The notes beneath the pieces were generated by a model. The model worked only from the letters and a program-made list of their open reading frames with translations. It made no database searches and was not told the origin of the DNA. Of a stretch of 64,000 nt of DNA, positions 59,701 to 64,000 are shown piece by piece (the stretch's first letter is position 1; the number at the start of each line of letters is the position of its first letter). This stretch comes from Fimbriosthenelais zetlandica (lineage: Eukaryota): contig OZ365111.1 in NCBI GenBank assembly GCA_977030845.1, positions 13,516,001 through 13,580,000 of the forward strand. The letters are read 5' to 3'. Made by a program: the position numbers and the translations under genes.

Positions 59701-62700
59701 GATAATCCAATATCGTCAGTTTGGCGAATCCATATGCTTAGTTTCAGGCCTGGTCAGTTATGCCCAGTGGAGATAAATAGCAGAATATACAGGATTAGTG
59801 GTGGGAATGATGGAGCTTAGCTGAGATGGTTAGGTAAGAAGAGCTGCTCTGTCAACATGTTGAAGTAAACTGGAACTGCTCGCTACAGGACCACCCCCAC
59901 CCTAACCTATAAATGTAGCGACATGAAGAAGACTTGGGTATAACGAAACCATGTATACTCATCACTCAACCCCTGCTCTTCCCAGCTCCCATCAGCCACC
60001 CCCTCCCACCTCAACCCCCTTTCTCCCACACCCGTGACTCCCTCTACTGAACTCCCCCATGTCTTGTCTGACCCCAGTCAGGGTATTTGTGGGAGGGATC
60101 AAAATGCCATAGCTGACAGAACAATATGTGACTATCATATATATGTCAGATGTATCTGAATATACCCAAAATATAATATGCTGAACATTGGTATTAACAC
60201 TTAAGCCTGAACAATGTTTCGCCAGTGAGGGACCATGGTTAATCTGGGACAATCAACTCGAATGAAAACCTGTTTTCATGGATGGACACCGAATGAAATC
60301 ATGTCCTTCCCCAAACTCAAAGCTCCATTGACAATGTAATACCAATAAATTCATGGTTTATAAGAGTTCCCTCAGGGGCAAACATATATAGACATGCATG
60401 TATATTGGTACAGTGATGTTCAGTTCCCCAAGGGAATAAGTTGCCCCAGGGTCTAATATTATGGGGATATCCACCAGGGCTATGTATGTCCCTGGGCCAG
60501 AAAAAGACCAATGCAGTTAGAGGAACTTGTGAGCAGTTGGTCCCATCTGGTCACTTGGTTTTTAAATTTGTATTTCTCATATATAGCTTCTAGTTCAAAC
60601 CAACGAGTTCCATACTCGTTGTTCAGACCAGTGATATTTTTTCGGGTAAAGTATGAATAAGATTATGCGTTTCGTTCTGAGTCTGGTCAGTAAGATAAAG
60701 AAAGGCTTATATTTCAGCATTGAATAGGGTAACACTTCATGGGGGACCACGGTAGATTGTTAATGTTCCAGCTTTCGTTCCCCATCTGTTCTCTCCCCTT
60801 ACCCCTCGCACCGCATGCAGGTGGGAACTGCTCAGACATGATTGACTGATGGCCTTAGTTCGCTAAATTTATGGTTTGTGTCTGGTAAAATGTAGTTCAA
60901 AACCATCTTAACCATTTACTCCGAGCATAGTCCATGTGGCCAGGAAGCTTATCCACAGCTGAGGACTCCATAAAACTGGTTATCAATATTTACATATTAA
61001 ATAGTCTCCCATAAATTAGTCAGCTTAATGAAAAAATGGGTGACAGGGGAGTGACATAGAGTTAATTAAGAAACTCATGTTTTAGTTTGAAAATGGGACG
61101 TCTGGTCTAGTTCTGTCATATTTCCAAGCTTTTGAAAGGTTAGGGATCTGTGAATGAGGTTTTGAGTTCAGGCTGTCCTGTCCAGTGTTTTGAGTAACCC
61201 CATTTACACGAGTAGCTCCAGTGTGAGCAAATCATGACCTTTGAACTTTGTTCTGAAATGAATAAGCATGACCATGTAGCTTTTAATGCCTTTTATAACG
61301 CATCCACTCTGTGATTTTTTTTAGTTTTCCTGAAATATGCAATATTTTAACGAGTGGACAGAATAGTAGCCCATGTTCTTGTAGAGAATAGATGATAGTA
61401 AAATAGTTAAATAGAAAATAGACAATTCTAAAAAAAAAAAAAAAAAAAATCACCCTGTAAGTGTTATGAAAAGTGAAATAAATGCACGAGAGGTGGAAAG
61501 ATAAAAAAAAGAGAAGAAAATAGACAATTCCATCAAGTGCATCCCATGAAAAAATGTTTGCGTTTGCAGATTGATCTTCAATTCTGATTCTGCTAGGTAT
61601 TTGAACATTTGATTGTAAAAGACCCAGCATTCACATTGTGCATATATAGGCCAGGGTGGTAGCCATATGGGAAATCCTTATATAATGTGAAATGCTACAC
61701 GAGCATGAAATGCATTTAACCAACATTTGCCCAAGGTATCAATTTTCCCTTGGGATGTGGCCCCTTCCGGCGTCTGAGCCATGCTCACAGCTTTCTGGTC
61801 ACAAGAGATGGGGTAGACTTGCTCCTGCCATTGCCTTTTATATATGTAACTTAATTCTGTTTAAATTCCTATTATCACTTGAATGTCCAGAATCAGATAC
61901 AGTGTGTAGTAGCATTTATGGATCATGACTTATGAATTTGTACTGACATATTTAGGCTACATAATTCTACTTGGACGTCAGCATGGGCTGTATATACATG
62001 TAGTCTAAATAGGGGGAGGAGGATCAGAGGGTATATAGGCTTCGATCTGTAAAATGTCTAGGTTGGTCCACTCTGGTATTTAGCTGGTTCTACAAGACAG
62101 CTGGTCATGAGTGTAAAGTTGAAGTGCCCTTAAAACCCCTTACCCGATTGATATAACACACACCATGTATTCTGCATAGGGGGTGACAGTCTTGAGCTTC
62201 TCCCGCAGTAAATAATAAAATTATGTTCAGAATTTTTTCAGTCAGTAACAAAAATGTATAATTCACACAAGAAAAATTGTCCCTGCAGAAAATATCATTC
62301 ATGGTCAGTTTTCTAGCAATGGAGTACCTAAATGTACTCTGACCCACTTGTCAGCAGAGGTAGTAGAAAAATGTGAGGATAATCTGTTGATAATCTTGGT
62401 CTGAATACATAAATAGTGGTGTATTGAGGGTACCACCGAAATCCCAATACAAATGTCTAAATCCCGGGCGCGGCCGCTCCCACATTGAGCTAGGGATACA
62501 AACTGGTGAAATAAGGACATGGTCAAACAATAATTGTTGGCATTCCACAAGTGCTCTATTATCACAAGTGTTATGGTGTATTGCAAGGCTGCTTTCCACT
62601 GTTATGTCAAGTGGCAGATGCAGAGGCAGACAATAAAAAGACCTCTGTCCCCACGTTTGACCATTTGACCCTCTCCCCCTGATATATGTCCCCCTGTGTA

Positions 62701-62769
62701 AACATTATGCCATATACACCTTAAAATGTGTGACAAGGCTAGGCCAGAACACTGCTGGGCTGAGAAAGG

Positions 62770-62941
62770 TGGGAGAGGTGAGAAAGAGAGGGTAAGAGAA
62801 AAGAGTGAGGTGGAGGGATGGAAAATGGCAAAGAGAAAGAAAGAGAGAAAGAGAGACAGATATATAGAGAACAGAGAAGTAGAAAGATCAGAGATGGAGA
62901 AAGAACAGAGGAGCGAGATTTAATGGGAGAAAGAAAGGAAG

Positions 62942-62975
<34 letters not shown>

Positions 62976-63000
62976 GGAGGAAGGAAAGAAGAAAGAAAAC
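62770..63000. repeat. AG-rich tract including (GAAA)8 at 62943-62974
   Basis: Read directly; it explains the K/E/R-rich and F/S/L-rich ORFs in the track. Confidence 0.9.
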
Positions 63001-64000
63001 ATCTGTACCAAAAATTCATTACGATAACCTGATGGAATTAAAGAGGATGGTAATATGCATGAGTGTGGATTGGAAAATAGAAAACTTACTAAAAAAGGGA
63101 CATGGCATAAAAGCCTAATGAATGTTCAAATCTGAGAAGGGACTTTCGGTGCAGAAATGGCGCGCAGCCCATTAAAATAGAAGTGAGACAAATTTATTTA
63201 AAGCCAAGTCAAGGGTGGGCCCACTACAAAAATAGACAGAGGATCAGGTGACCAGGCACCCCGTATATTTCTTTACACCGAATCTTACAAGAATCCTTCT
63301 AATACCATACGATGTAAACCACGCGATGATAATCATGTAAAGATGGGCACAAAACCGCTTTTCCGACAATTCGGGTTAACCTAGGCAAAAGTTCCCTAAG
63401 ATTTTTTAATGCATAGAAGAAGCAATCAATTAAAATAGAATCAGTATAAAATGATGTAATATTCAAATAATTACAGATTAATAATTTAAAGGTCCTTTAT
63501 GATGACATACACATTATTTATAATATAGTAGTTAGGTAAGAAATATGAGTTAGAATAGGTCTAATACTAAATAATTTTAGGAGTTACAAAATCTCCTGAT
63601 CGTGCATCAAAGGGTAGGCCATAAAATCCTCAAATGAAAAGAAATGTCTGGTGACTTTATCAATCCTTATACATGTTTGCATTGAAATAGACCATATGCT
63701 GTATAACTTAACCCCTTGTAAAACTAATGTCACAAATACACCATGTTTAGCAGTCCCCTTACTTTCAGTATATAGTCTGTGTAGGCTCAAACTGTTAGGA
63801 AAGCGATAGGATTTCTATTTTTATCCGCCTTTATCAAACCCTCTGACGAGTCGTCGCGACACGTTTCCGGTCGCAGAATTCACGTCAGCCATTTGGAAAA
63901 CAGTTTTCATCTTCAATGGTGGCGTGAGACTAAAGGCTCCTTTGTTTAATTTTCCTCAGTGAATAGGGAAATTTTAGGATACTAAAATCCAAAGTATGCG

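Overview
This is AT-rich eukaryotic (metazoan, probably marine invertebrate) genomic DNA. One minus-strand gene dominates the window: a Dbl-family Rho guanine-nucleotide exchange factor of the PLEKHG1/2/3 type, with a DH-PH tandem followed by a long disordered tail. I built a 12-exon model by hand from GT-AG sites and reading-frame continuity. It runs from the ATG at 56685 to the stop at 2594, is 5313 nt (1770 aa), has a 38.2-kb first intron and an 8.1-kb second intron, needs a 14-nt microexon to stay in frame, and ends in a 3.1-kb terminal exon. The most interesting features are in the first intron. (1) There is a series of short ATG-initiated candidate alternative first exons, all ending in a phase-1 donor compatible with the shared exon at 18255; two end in a similar W-x-[DE]-F-F-G motif. 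(2) A 33-nt exon beginning with GTGAGT near the intron midpoint has the architecture of a recursive-splicing (RS) exon. (3) RFX X-box motifs recur across the locus, including a triple cluster and three copies inside a coding exon. (4) Non-autonomous DNA transposons include a ~3-kb CACTG-ended element with mirrored 23-bp subterminal arrays and a 437-bp Harbinger-type MITE with a TTA duplication. A possible alternative terminal exon lies at 1752. Most other short ORFs in the supplied track look like chance ORFs. I found no rRNA, tRNA or CRISPR. All calls are manual; no database search was run.
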